In this document: positions 10,511-20,846 of the stretch, piece after piece
How the letters are laid out: the number at the start of each line of letters is the position of its first letter
How positions within the stretch are numbered: position 1 is the first letter of the stretch
Assembly (NCBI GenBank): GCA_000092065.1
Contig: CP000585.1
Source: Ostreococcus lucimarinus
Lineage: Eukaryota
Length of the DNA: 64,000 nt
Strand: one strand, 5' to 3'
Program-made: the position numbers and the translations under genes
The notes under the pieces: model-generated
What the model was told of the DNA's origin: nothing
Seen by the model: only the letters and a program-made list of their open reading frames with translations
Database searches by the model: none

Positions 10511-10761
10511 CACGCGCCGGCGTCGCCGCGCATCGAGTCGTCGAGTGCCGCGACGGCATTGGTCGACGTCCGACGCGCGCGATGGCGACGACTCGATGCG
10601 CGACGACGGTGCGAAGCGCGACGTGCATCGCGCACGCGCGATTCGCTCGGTCGACGCGCGACGCGCGGTGCGCGACGGCGACGACGACGCGCGCGCGGTG
10701 TCCCGGTGGCGGCGGCGCGTTCGCTTTTTCGACGACGAATGCGACGCGTGCGACGCGCGTG

Positions 10762-11544
10762 ATGACGCGCGGGACGGAAGAGCGCGACGAAGGGTCGAGT
10801 TCGAACTGGGAAGATCTGTTCGAGCAGTTTGAACGGCAGAACGCGGACGCGGAGGCGGCGCAAGCGATCCCACGGCACAAGACGAGGGCGCTCGAGCGCG
10901 CGCTCGCGCGGGGACGGCGCAAGGTTGAGGTTCGAGAGCTGTGTCGCGAGCTGGAATTGGAGCGACACGAGGTTCTGGGATGGTTAAAGCGCAATGGACA
11001 TCGCGCCGAGACGCTCGCGAAGAAGTTTGCGGAAGAGTTAGTGCAGGAGGATGAGGCGGCGGCGGCGGCGGCGGCGGAGCGCGAGGCGCGCGCGCAAGCC
11101 AAGGCAAAGCGAGACGCGGCGGATGAGGCGAAGGGATCTGGAGCGCGCGGTCCGGGTGGGATGCCGGCGTATAAGTCGTACAAGAAGACGAGGTTGGGAT
11201 CGTCGAACGTGGCGACGCTGGAAAAGGTGTACGCCATGACGCAGTATCCCGACGACGCCCTGATCGAGAGCGTACGACAGGCAACCAAGCTGCCGGCGAG
11301 TAAGATTATCAACTGGTTTCAAGAACGCCGTCGAGGAGCGTCGCCGTCGGCGATGCGACGCGACCGTGACGTTGTGAATAGGCAGGTGGATCGGCGAGGG
11401 ACGACCGGCGGGTACTCGTACACGCGCCGAGATGAACGCGACGAAGGAAGAGGTCTCCGCAGAGGCGATGCTCGCGACGAGTACGGTGGAGGCGGTGGTG
11501 AGCGTCGCGGACGAGACGATGCTTCCGATTGGTCTCCGAATTAA
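10762..11544 (+). CDS. Homeobox-domain protein (atypical homeodomain)
   Basis: KKTRLGSSNVATLEKVYAMTQYPDDALIESVRQATKLPASKIINWFQERRR follows the three-helix homeodomain pattern with WFQ.RR in helix 3. First ATG after the divergent MFS gene is 10762; the start could lie further upstream (ATG 10582). Confidence 0.55.
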   Translation: MTRGTEERDEGSSSNWEDLFEQFERQNADAEAAQAIPRHKTRALERALARGRRKVEVRELCRELELERHEVLGWLKRNGHRAETLAKKFAEELVQEDEAAAAAAAEREARAQAKAKRDAADEAKGSGARGPGGMPAYKSYKKTRLGSSNVATLEKVYAMTQYPDDALIESVRQATKLPASKIINWFQERRRGASPSAMRRDRDVVNRQVDRRGTTGGYSYTRRDERDEGRGLRRGDARDEYGGGGGERRGRDDASDWSPN

Positions 11545-11592
11545 ATCACGCGAACGCGCACTGTTGTATTTAAACGCAATTTTTACATCAAT

Positions 11593-13533
11593 TTACAACG
11601 TGTTAAAATCCTTCAAGCCGACGGCGGAAAATTCACCATCGTTGAATTCATCTTCATCGGTAGAGAGCAATCGAGGCGAACGATAAATTCGCATTCTTAA
11701 GTCTCGCGTGGTCTTCAATGCGCGAATCAAGGCGACGCTCGTGGCGAGCCAAAGGAGGAGGATGGCGACGAGGGCAATGGAGAGCGCAGTAGTGCTCGAT
11801 TCCGGTATGTAAGGTGTCTGTGACGCGCCCGTTCTCGCCGCGGTTCCAGCCAATTTGTTTGGACAGACATCCACGTCACGACGGAATATAGCCACATCGA
11901 CGGGCTCCATCGCCTGGGCGGAGATGTCTGGGATGGTGCGGCATGTGCTTGCCTCTCCAGTTCTTTCAAAGTACGTCTGCGCGCTCGTCGTGTTCGCTAC
12001 GCAAGTCGTTCGGCGCCACTCCCAGGTCGCGTGAGTGTCGTTATGAATCGTGAGCGAGCCCGCACCGAAAGAACCCTCCCTGAACGCGCTATACGACGGC
12101 TGAGGTTCCATCCAGGAATTACCGTACGGGCCTTCGTAATTTCCTCCGTCGCCGACGACGACGTGCACGGGACCGCACTCATGCACGTGAAAGTCGTGCA
12201 CCGGATGGGACCTTTCGTAGGCATGCACGTGGCCATTGAACACGAGATCAACGCCCGCGTCGAAAAGGATTTGCTCGAGCGCTTTTCTCATACGTTCAGC
12301 CTCTTTGAAGTGTCCTCGGTTGGAATTGTACCAAGGCGCGTGAAACACGACGACGACCCAAGGGGTATACTGCCGATTGATGGTGGCTAAATCTTTGCGT
12401 AACCACGCCATCTGAGGCGTATCAGCACCATCGTACACCCCAGTCTGCGAGTTGGCGTAGCTATTCAAACCAATGATGTGCGCCTGACCGACTTCGTGAG
12501 ACCAAAACAGTTGCGATGGACTCTTCGATGCTGTGTAAGGGGAGGGATATCGCGCCATGTAGGACACGAGATCCATTCCATTTTGCGCCACGTCGTGATT
12601 TCCAGGCACGGTCAACATCGGCATACCATCCAGCAAGAATTCGCTCAGGGTGCCGAAACTATCCCATCTTGGCGCGAAGCCATCCGCGTACGACACGTCT
12701 CCTGTGTGTATCAACAACTCTGAGTCCCCCAAAGCGTCTCGAACGTGCGTCAGCACCTCCCGCGTCACGTCCGTCTGACCCGTATCGCCCACAACGGCTA
12801 TTTTTGTCGTCTCCTTCCCGTGCTTCTTCGGCGTCTTCGGCGCCCTGAAGCTTCTCGTCGTCTCGCTCCCTGGCAGCGCGTACGAATACCGCTCTCCAGC
12901 CATCAATCCCGTCATCTTCGCCGTGTGCACGATCGGCGAGTGATACACGGCGTCGGGATTGGCGTAATCCAAACACACCCCCTTAGACATCGGCGCGTCC
13001 GTCCAGAAAGCGCTCGGAATCACATCCTCGAACGTCCGCACCGAGCGATAGTTTGAAGCGTCGGCGTCCGCCCACGCCGACGTGTTCGCCAACGTCATCA
13101 GCACCCCCGGATCCACCGCCGGTGTCGTTCCCATGCGCGGCACGAATGCCGTCGGCGATCCGACGCACAACTGCGTCGTGTACGACGCGCTCATCGCCTC
13201 CGCGCGTCGTCTTTGTCTCCCGTCGCTCGCGCTCGCGTAGTACTCCACCGCCGCGTCCTCGTCCAGCGCCTCGCGCGTCGCCCAAACCACGCTCATCTCG
13301 CCCGCGCCCGTCGGCGCCAAGTGCACCTGCGTCACCGCGTCCGCGTCCGCCGTCGCGCGTCCGCGCGTCGCGCGCAGCGGCACCGCGGGCGAAGCCTCGG
13401 GTCGTTGAAATCCCGACGTCATCGACCCCGCGTCCGCCATCGCGCGCGTCCACGCGCGCGCGAACGCCGCGGTCGCCATCGCGCCCGCGCTCGCGCGCCT
13501 CCACGCCGCGCGCGCGCCTCGACGTCGCCCCAT
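11593..13533 (-). CDS. Purple acid phosphatase (metallophosphoesterase) with C-terminal membrane anchor
   Basis: All PAP metal-ligand blocks in order: GDTG, GDVSYADG, GNHD, VFHAPWYNS, GHVHAYER. Followed by a C-terminal TM (ALSIALVAILLLWLATSVALI). ATG 13533 confirmed; later Met codons (MATAAF...) are alternative starts. Confidence 0.85.
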   Translation of the reverse strand: MGRRRGARAAWRRASAGAMATAAFARAWTRAMADAGSMTSGFQRPEASPAVPLRATRGRATADADAVTQVHLAPTGAGEMSVVWATREALDEDAAVEYYASASDGRQRRRAEAMSASYTTQLCVGSPTAFVPRMGTTPAVDPGVLMTLANTSAWADADASNYRSVRTFEDVIPSAFWTDAPMSKGVCLDYANPDAVYHSPIVHTAKMTGLMAGERYSYALPGSETTRSFRAPKTPKKHGKETTKIAVVGDTGQTDVTREVLTHVRDALGDSELLIHTGDVSYADGFAPRWDSFGTLSEFLLDGMPMLTVPGNHDVAQNGMDLVSYMARYPSPYTASKSPSQLFWSHEVGQAHIIGLNSYANSQTGVYDGADTPQMAWLRKDLATINRQYTPWVVVVFHAPWYNSNRGHFKEAERMRKALEQILFDAGVDLVFNGHVHAYERSHPVHDFHVHECGPVHVVVGDGGNYEGPYGNSWMEPQPSYSAFREGSFGAGSLTIHNDTHATWEWRRTTCVANTTSAQTYFERTGEASTCRTIPDISAQAMEPVDVAIFRRDVDVCPNKLAGTAARTGASQTPYIPESSTTALSIALVAILLLWLATSVALIRALKTTRDLRMRIYRSPRLLSTDEDEFNDGEFSAVGLKDFNTL

Positions 13534-13566
13534 CGCGACGCCGCGCCTTTGTCTGCGGAATCTAAG

Positions 13567-14484
13567 ATGCGTCGCGTTTTCGCGTCATCCGCCGTCGCGT
13601 CGCGCCGCATGCCGCGCGTCACCGCCCGCGCGGCGACGCGCGCGCTCGCGTTCGTCTGCGTCCTTCTGACGCGAATCGCGCGCGCGCGCGCGAGCGATCG
13701 CGACTGGAGACGCTTTCGTTCGCCGCCGTTCGATGGACGACCGTGCACCGTCCCGCGCGCGTCGGTCGACGAGCTCTCGCTCGAGACGTTCGCGCGCACG
13801 TTCGAGAGCGCGGAGACGCCGGTGGTCGTCACCGGGCTCGGCGCGCGGCGAACGGGGTTCGTCGAGCGCGTCGAAAGAGGGGCGCTGCTTCGGGAGCTGG
13901 GCGCGGCGACGGTGACGCTGAGCAGCGCGAACGCGCACTCGCGCGGAAAACTTCGGAAGAGCCTGCGAGGATACGTCGAGGAGGACGTGGCGGCGAAGAG
14001 GAGAACGGATGGAAAGGAAGACGCGAGCGAGATATGGTACTGGTTCGGTGATCACGTGGAGAGCGATGGGACGATGTCGAACGGATTCGAGACGCTCTTC
14101 GGGGCGTACGACGATTTAGAATACGTCGGCGACGCGAACGTGGCGTATTCGTTCGGCGTGGGGGGACAGTTTAGCGGAGTGCCGATGCACACGCATGGGC
14201 CGGGGTGGTCGGAGAGTTTGATCGGGAGGAAGCATTGGTTCTTGGCGCCGCCGGACGCGACACCGAATTTCGATCCCAACGTGACGGCGTACGCGTGGGC
14301 GCTGGAGGCGCTGCGCCGGGGGGACGTGCGCGACGGTGAGGGTGGAATTTTAGAGTGCACGGTGAACGCAGGCGAATCGATTTACTTTCCACCGAATTGG
14401 TGGCACGCGACGGTGAATTTGGACGAGAGTGTCTTTATAAGTTCTTTCGTAAATTCAGTACAGCGCGCGCGCGATGAGTTGTGA
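13567..14484 (+). CDS. JmjC/cupin-domain protein with N-terminal signal peptide (JMJD8-like)
   Basis: MRRVFASSAVASRRMPRVTARAATRALAFVCVLLTRIARARA signal-like leader. JmjC core HTHGPGWSESLIGRKHWFLAPP ... ECTVNAGESIYFPPNWWHATVNLDESVFIS. ATG 13567 is only 33 bp from the PAP start on the other strand. Confidence 0.65.
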   Translation: MRRVFASSAVASRRMPRVTARAATRALAFVCVLLTRIARARASDRDWRRFRSPPFDGRPCTVPRASVDELSLETFARTFESAETPVVVTGLGARRTGFVERVERGALLRELGAATVTLSSANAHSRGKLRKSLRGYVEEDVAAKRRTDGKEDASEIWYWFGDHVESDGTMSNGFETLFGAYDDLEYVGDANVAYSFGVGGQFSGVPMHTHGPGWSESLIGRKHWFLAPPDATPNFDPNVTAYAWALEALRRGDVRDGEGGILECTVNAGESIYFPPNWWHATVNLDESVFISSFVNSVQRARDEL

Positions 14485-14502
14485 TATTTATGCAGTGGTT
14501 GG

Positions 14503-17223
14503 TTACTTTTCGGTGAGCTCGCGATAGCCTTTCCATGTCTTGGGCGCGATGAAGTCGTGCTTTTTCATCACCGCGAGTAAACTTTCGCTAGGGCCGTCGA
14601 GCGCTCGCTCGCCTTGCGCGGTGACGTACGTCCTCGTCGTGTGCAAGATTTCCTTCGCTTGAGACCATTCTCCGGCGACGTAATGACGTAAACCTCGCTT
14701 GAAATCTTGCAAAAAGTCCGCCGAAATACCCTCGCGCATTTTTAAAATATCTGGATGCTGCTTAAACTCGTCAGAGTATTCCATGAAGCTCAGCGTCTCT
14801 TCCTCAAACGTGCGATGTAAATTCACGTCGGCGGCGGGCGCCGCGATATTTTCTGGACGCACGTCAAAGGTGTAGAGCTCGACTGGATGCAGCGATCCCT
14901 TTACGGTGACGCAATCGATTTGCCTGCTTTCGTGTTGAACACTTGATGACAGCAAGGATGCGAATTGGCCGGTAAAGAGAAGCGGAACGCCGAATTGCTT
15001 CGTCGCTGCTTCGAGACGAGCGCTGATGTTGACATTCGGAGACAAGTACGAAGCATCCACCTTGTGCTCGCTCCCAATGGCGCCTTCGATCGCCCAACCC
15101 GCGTGAAGACCAAAACCCATCTTCACCTCGAAGTTCTTAATTCGCTCGTTCAGGGCCTCATTCCCGCGATACCGTTGTAACCGAGCGCTGCGCCGCAACG
15201 CTCCGATGATTGTGACGAATGAGGCGAGCGCGTTGTCGGCAATCATCTGAATCTTTCGACGTTTGTGTTCGTCTATATGCGCACAATTCGATATATCCGA
15301 TATATCCTCCGCAGAAATATCTTTAGGAAACTTCCACACCAATAAAAACGCATCGCCAATATTCTTATTCGCGCTCCCGCCGTGCACGTGTACTTCCACG
15401 TGCACAATCTTGGCGATCGTGTTCACAAACTCCATGATGTCCTCCTGTAACACCTCAGTCGTGTCCGTAAATTGCCGGATGTCACAAAACCCGAAAATAG
15501 CAACCATCTTTTTGCCAGGAATCATCGGATCAATCGCACCGCCGCGCTTCATGTTTTCAGCGATAATTTCGGAGCCCGCGTCACCGAATCCGACGGCGAG
15601 GAGAGAGCAAATGCGACAGATACTATTCTCTAGCAGTCGTGTCTCCATCTGATTATTTTCATCGCCACCGGTGATTTCAAATTGTGTCAGTGGATTCTCA
15701 CTCATCGCTTGAATCTTATTCACCATTCGGTCTAGTGGTCGGAGGACCAGAGCGTTGGTGTCTTTGCTGAACAGCACGGCGCCGATGGTGAGAATGAGGC
15801 ACACAAAAATTGTTCGCATGATGTTGAGCAAAGCCTGCAATTGACTCTCGCGCTGTCGATCGAAGAACGCGAAACTGAAACCACTAGGCACGTTTGCATC
15901 TGGTGTAGAAAACGTGGAGAATTCAAATTCGGTACAACGCAGTTTCTTATGCGCGTAACCGTCGAGTGCGAATGAGAGATTGCCATTGTTTGAGTAATCT
16001 GTGCCATTCACCACCAGTCGATACATTCCTTTAGTGCCGGCGTAGTATTGATTTAGCGACCGGTAAAATCCATCCGTTTCGTCGACGCTATTGATCAGGG
16101 TTTCATGCGCCATAGTGAGTCCGCCCTCTGCGAAATCCTGTCGCTCGCCGGCTGCGTACAAGCGGACATCAAACACTGGGAGCATGAAGAGCATGAGTAA
16201 AACGCCGATAATGACCCGTTTCGTCGTCAAATCGCCAAGCTTCTGCCCAACACGAGACTCAGACTGCTCAAAGTCCAACAAAGAATCTTCGTCTTCCTCT
16301 ACATACGCATTTACAGCGTTCTCGTCCATCCCTCCGACGACACTTTGCTTCACCAGACTATCGCGTTTGAGCTTGATCAAACTGTCGCGACGTTCGTTAC
16401 GCTCTCGATTGACTTCGTACGTTTTAAATATCTTCACCAATCGTATCAGGCGTATGATGCGAACGATGCGACCAGCTCGAGTTGCCGCGCGGGAAGCTCG
16501 ACCGGCTTTTGCAAATCCGGCGTCGGCGACGCCACTATCGCCGCCACCCGCGCCCGCCGTTCGAGTAGCTTCATCAAAGGTGGACCCATAAGAGTCGACA
16601 CCTTGACACGGATCCATACCAAGCGCTCGCATGAAAGCCGGAATGTCTGCGAGCAGACTTAACGTCGCCACAGAATCGAGCCAAAAGTAAAATCCTCCCG
16701 CATATTTTTCCAGGGCGAAGACGCTCAGCGCGAGTTCAATCGCGAAGCTCGCCAAGCACACCCACACCAGGACCAAAAACCCGAGATCTGCGTCTGCGTC
16801 GGTTGCGAACAAGCGCAAATCATCCCCGAAAAGGCTCCAAATCGTGATGTTTGCCATCCACATGGAGACGTGCCCGCTTTCGAGCGCCCCTCGAACGCGC
16901 CGCTTGAGCGCCTCGCCGCGCCAGCCCCTCTCGCCTTTCTCGAATTTGGTGCTCTTGCGGCCTTGCACAGTGGACGCGAAGCTCCTATCTCGCGCGGAGT
17001 CAAATATCCCGCTCGTTTTGCACGCATTTACTCCCTCACCACGCTCTTCATCCACGCTCTCACGTTCACCGCGCGATCGATATCTCGCATCGTTGGCGAT
17101 GTCCGCGTGGGCTTCCCCGAGCGTCGTCGAGTTTTGCACGAAGCACGACGCGCGGCGTCGCGCCTGCGTCTGCAAAGCCGCGCGCCTGGATGAATCGACT
17201 TTCTCTCCGTGTGCGTCAGCCAT
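14503..17223 (-). CDS. Voltage-sensor/ion-transport-like membrane domain fused to class III adenylate/guanylate cyclase catalytic domain
   Basis: 906 aa. Six hydrophobic segments include an S4-type RIVRIIRLIRLVKIFK. The C-terminal half carries a cyclase homology domain (FCDIRQFTDTTEVL...NKNIGDAFLLVWKF...MGFGLHAGWAIEGAIGSEHKVDASYLSPNVNISARLEAATKQFGV). ATG at 17223 confirmed. Confidence 0.7.
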   Translation of the reverse strand: MADAHGEKVDSSRRAALQTQARRRASCFVQNSTTLGEAHADIANDARYRSRGERESVDEERGEGVNACKTSGIFDSARDRSFASTVQGRKSTKFEKGERGWRGEALKRRVRGALESGHVSMWMANITIWSLFGDDLRLFATDADADLGFLVLVWVCLASFAIELALSVFALEKYAGGFYFWLDSVATLSLLADIPAFMRALGMDPCQGVDSYGSTFDEATRTAGAGGGDSGVADAGFAKAGRASRAATRAGRIVRIIRLIRLVKIFKTYEVNRERNERRDSLIKLKRDSLVKQSVVGGMDENAVNAYVEEDEDSLLDFEQSESRVGQKLGDLTTKRVIIGVLLMLFMLPVFDVRLYAAGERQDFAEGGLTMAHETLINSVDETDGFYRSLNQYYAGTKGMYRLVVNGTDYSNNGNLSFALDGYAHKKLRCTEFEFSTFSTPDANVPSGFSFAFFDRQRESQLQALLNIMRTIFVCLILTIGAVLFSKDTNALVLRPLDRMVNKIQAMSENPLTQFEITGGDENNQMETRLLENSICRICSLLAVGFGDAGSEIIAENMKRGGAIDPMIPGKKMVAIFGFCDIRQFTDTTEVLQEDIMEFVNTIAKIVHVEVHVHGGSANKNIGDAFLLVWKFPKDISAEDISDISNCAHIDEHKRRKIQMIADNALASFVTIIGALRRSARLQRYRGNEALNERIKNFEVKMGFGLHAGWAIEGAIGSEHKVDASYLSPNVNISARLEAATKQFGVPLLFTGQFASLLSSSVQHESRQIDCVTVKGSLHPVELYTFDVRPENIAAPAADVNLHRTFEEETLSFMEYSDEFKQHPDILKMREGISADFLQDFKRGLRHYVAGEWSQAKEILHTTRTYVTAQGERALDGPSESLLAVMKKHDFIAPKTWKGYRELTEK

Positions 17224-17342
17224 CGCGCGACGCGCGCGCGAAGTGAGGCGCGCGAGCGTTTTTCTCTTCCGAAGAAATGGCGACTGTTCGTCTCCCCTTC
17301 TGCGGCGGTTCGATTGGGATTATATTACAACTGACGCGCGCG

Positions 17343-20300
17343 TCAGCGGGAGTCGGCGCAACACGCGAAACAAGCCATAGACGCCGCGCAACACGCTTTG
17401 TGATACGTGTGCGCGCACATAAAGGTGATGAGCTCGCCGTCGTTGGGGCACAGGAGGGAGTGACTACACGCGGGGCAGCGACGAAGATCCATCTTGATGC
17501 CCCAGTCGCCAAAATCTTCGATGGCGGGCGCGATTGGGTTCTCGTGAGGCACTTTCAGAGTAAATTGTGACACTCCGTCATCAGCATCGGTAGACGAGCG
17601 ACATACAAACGGTAATTGGTCCACGACACCGTCGATCTCCGCCGCGAGCGCGGCTTGGAGCTGTGGAAATCTTCCAAACTGCCGCATGGGTGGCCGCGAT
17701 AAGTGTGCGTCAAGTGGCTCGAGAAGCTTGGCAGCGCCACGGCGTAAGTCCAAATCCACAGAATTTTCGGAAGTCAAGAATGTGGTGACATTTGTGAAAA
17801 TACGACTGAGAGCTCTGGATATGGATTCGTTCGTGTTCATCGGTGATATCGCTTTCGACAACTTCTCCTCTTCTGAAGCCTTGGCAAGCGCTCGAATGAC
17901 TTCCGCCGCTCCAACTGCGGCGGAACCTACGCGCGAGACTAACATAAGATGCGATACGCCGTGCTCGAGAGCCGCAGATGTGTCAGCGCCGTCAAGCGAC
18001 TCTAAAGTCTGGAGAAGCGCCCGCCTAAGACATTCTGATACGATAGCCGACGCTTCTGCAACATCGGTTGATCGAAGCGATGCCACACATTCGGACTCCA
18101 AAGATTGACTCATATCAATCGCACCTCCTTCCGTCAACGCTGCAGTTACACTTGCCATTGTCATTGAGTCCGTCGAATGTTCCGCTGACGCGAGAGACGT
18201 TTGAGTCTCACGATTCTTTGGCGGCGTTTGCTTTTTCACCGCTGCGACGTCGAGCTTGAGTTCATCACACACTGCGTCAAGCTCTTTCTCAACGTTTTCT
18301 AACAGCGAACTCCATTGCAGTTTTATCTTAGCGGTGAGTGGTGCATCTTCGCCCTTTTCAAAGCGTGTCAGAAGTTCAATCGACTCGGCGCGTATATTGC
18401 GCCAACGCCGAAGCGAAGGCAGGAGAATCGACGCGTCGAGGCTCATTCGACACTCTTTAAGTTTCGTGACGGAGTCGACGATCGCGGCGACTCGTACATT
18501 CGTCATAAATCTGTACTGAATCCGAGCGTTTTGCTCGGGCAATGGAGTGTCAGTGGAGTCAAGTGTCGACGTCGTCTTAATGTCTTCGTAACAGCTCCAA
18601 TGCTCAAAATGCGCCCCTCGAATTGGGAGCAAACACTTCACGCTATCCATCGCCTTTTGCCACTCTTGAGCATCGAACGCGTCACACTCTTCCCATTCGA
18701 TGTCATTGTTTGGTAAATCAACCCCGTAATTCTTGGATTTTGTCGGCGAGACTACTTTCACGTTGCTTTGTAGTATGACTGCAGGCTCGTTTGATTCGAC
18801 ATCGTCCAGAATGAGCGCGTGTCGCTTCTTCACCTTTCCATTTGCCTTCGGCGCGAATTCTCCATCTACCTTGGATGTCTTGGAAACGCCACGAGGATTG
18901 TAAAAGAAGATGCCTCCTTCGGTTTCCGCCTTCGGGAACTCGTTCGAAGCTGGGGCAGCCAATTCGGACAATGGTCGATCAATCGTCGAACGATCTCTAC
19001 CGAGAGGTGGTTTTCCGAGATCGAAGTCCGGCGTCTTTGGTGCTTTCGGTGATGATACTTCTTCCTCGGTCACGAGCTCGCGCAGGTCAACTTCGGTGTC
19101 CTTCTTCGCCGGCGCCAACTTCGAGCCCACTTGTTCGCCCCATTGCACGAGAAACGCAAGCCTACTATTTACTCCGGCGGCGTCCGCTTCCGACGAATCC
19201 AACGCCTCTTTCGCCCTTCTGAATAAGCCGTCGTCGTACGAGTTTGTCTTGCGGCAAATGTCTAGGGCACGGATGAATGCACTTGCAGAGGATGTCTCGC
19301 TCACGACGTCATGCGCAAGCGCCTTGGCGTCGACGAATGATTCCAAACACCACACCGAATTCCCACTGTCTTCAGATGGCGTCAGGAAAAACGCTCGATG
19401 ATCAACTGTGCATGCATCGACGAAACCAGCGCTCAAACTTTCGCTCCCTGGCTCTTTTAGGGGATACCATCTAACGATTGCTGGAGTAGCGACGTCGATG
19501 ATGGCGACTGCGCGCTCCGTCGTCGACAACACGCAAGGTCCTAAACGATGCAAGAGGCCAAACTCTAGTTTCTTTGACGCGCGTTTCACCGCATCCGCGG
19601 ATTCACTCGATTGATCCCATCCTGGTACGCTGGAAGGCACTGGCACTTCGGGTTTGATGGTTGCCATGATTTCCACGTCGGCTCGCTCAGAGTCAACATT
19701 GTCCACTTTGGCAATCCACAGCTTACGCCCCGGTCGTGACACCACAGCATGCTCTACTACCCTCACACCTTCTAATTCTTCGTCCCATTCGTCTTCCTCT
19801 TCCACGGGATCGTCATCTTCTACGCTCAAACTTGCGTACCCGTGGAAGCAACTTCCGTACGATCCTTCGCGCTGCTTGCTACCTATATTCGACGTCGTTC
19901 CGCTATGCGCTCCCTGCACAATCACGAGTTGTGCGCTAGATTGTGCGCTTGTTATCACGTGACGACCGCTCGGTGACGCATCGAGCTGATGCACCGCACT
20001 ACTCACGTCTGTGTACGATGTCTTATTCACCGGCGCCGGTCTCGCGCCCGTGCGGCCACCGTCGCACCACTCCACGAACGCTGCGCACGACGTCACCGTC
20101 ACCACCCCTTGATCGCTTCCCGCATACAACACCCGCGAATCGCTCGACCACGACAGCGCCGTGACAGCTCGTCCTTCATGCGTGCTCGACAGAAACGCCA
20201 CCGTCGATCCCAGCGCGCTTCTCCGCGGCGCCTCCTCCCGCGTCAATCCATCGAGCTCAATCACCCTCACGTGTCCATCTGCGAACCCCAGCGCGCACAT

Positions 20301-20699
20301 TCGTCCGCATGGCGACGCTCTGATCGTCCGCACGCTCTGCGGCGCCGCGCGCGCGCCCACATTCCCCTGTCGTCTCGCGCTCGGCTCGACCAATTCCGGC
20401 GACACCACCGCGACGAATCTCGCGCGTCGTTCCACGCCTCCCGCGCCATCATCGCGCGCCCTCGATCGCGCGAACACGTACGCCGACCCAGTGTTCGCCC
20501 CCAAAATCACCAGCGCGCGCGTGGCATCGACGCACGTGAACCGAACGCGTTTAGAGCTCACGGCTCGCAAATCCGCGCTCGACGCCACGCAGCGCCATCG
20601 CGGCGCCATCGCGCCCGCATCGTCCCCCGAGCGCGTCGACGCGACGCTCGCATCGTCCGCGCGCGCGCGTTCGATCGCCGCCGCGTCTTCGTCCGGCAT
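17343..20699 (-). CDS. Large WD40 beta-propeller / alpha-solenoid protein with C-terminal RING-H2 (Vps8-like CORVET/HOPS-type)
   Basis: 1118 aa from the first ATG (20699; the ORF-track M at 20759 is GTG). N-terminal propeller-like repeats (LVILGANTGSAYVF, VTALSWSSDSRVLYAGSDQGVVTV). C-terminal CPAC-x-CAHTYHKAC-x-CFAC RING-H2-like finger. Confidence 0.4.
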   Translation of the reverse strand: MPDEDAAAIERARADDASVASTRSGDDAGAMAPRWRCVASSADLRAVSSKRVRFTCVDATRALVILGANTGSAYVFARSRARDDGAGGVERRARFVAVVSPELVEPSARRQGNVGARAAPQSVRTIRASPCGRMCALGFADGHVRVIELDGLTREEAPRRSALGSTVAFLSSTHEGRAVTALSWSSDSRVLYAGSDQGVVTVTSCAAFVEWCDGGRTGARPAPVNKTSYTDVSSAVHQLDASPSGRHVITSAQSSAQLVIVQGAHSGTTSNIGSKQREGSYGSCFHGYASLSVEDDDPVEEEDEWDEELEGVRVVEHAVVSRPGRKLWIAKVDNVDSERADVEIMATIKPEVPVPSSVPGWDQSSESADAVKRASKKLEFGLLHRLGPCVLSTTERAVAIIDVATPAIVRWYPLKEPGSESLSAGFVDACTVDHRAFFLTPSEDSGNSVWCLESFVDAKALAHDVVSETSSASAFIRALDICRKTNSYDDGLFRRAKEALDSSEADAAGVNSRLAFLVQWGEQVGSKLAPAKKDTEVDLRELVTEEEVSSPKAPKTPDFDLGKPPLGRDRSTIDRPLSELAAPASNEFPKAETEGGIFFYNPRGVSKTSKVDGEFAPKANGKVKKRHALILDDVESNEPAVILQSNVKVVSPTKSKNYGVDLPNNDIEWEECDAFDAQEWQKAMDSVKCLLPIRGAHFEHWSCYEDIKTTSTLDSTDTPLPEQNARIQYRFMTNVRVAAIVDSVTKLKECRMSLDASILLPSLRRWRNIRAESIELLTRFEKGEDAPLTAKIKLQWSSLLENVEKELDAVCDELKLDVAAVKKQTPPKNRETQTSLASAEHSTDSMTMASVTAALTEGGAIDMSQSLESECVASLRSTDVAEASAIVSECLRRALLQTLESLDGADTSAALEHGVSHLMLVSRVGSAAVGAAEVIRALAKASEEEKLSKAISPMNTNESISRALSRIFTNVTTFLTSENSVDLDLRRGAAKLLEPLDAHLSRPPMRQFGRFPQLQAALAAEIDGVVDQLPFVCRSSTDADDGVSQFTLKVPHENPIAPAIEDFGDWGIKMDLRRCPACSHSLLCPNDGELITFMCAHTYHKACCAASMACFACCADSR

Positions 20700-20846
20700 C
20701 GCGCCGCCGCGCGCGCGACTCTGCCGCGCTCCAATCGCCGCGCGTCGCGTTCGACGCACTTCGCGGCGTCACACGCGCGCGCGCGTCTCGCGCCGCGCCG
20801 CGACGCGCATCGCGAGAGACTCGCGCGACGCCGCGCGCGCGCGACG

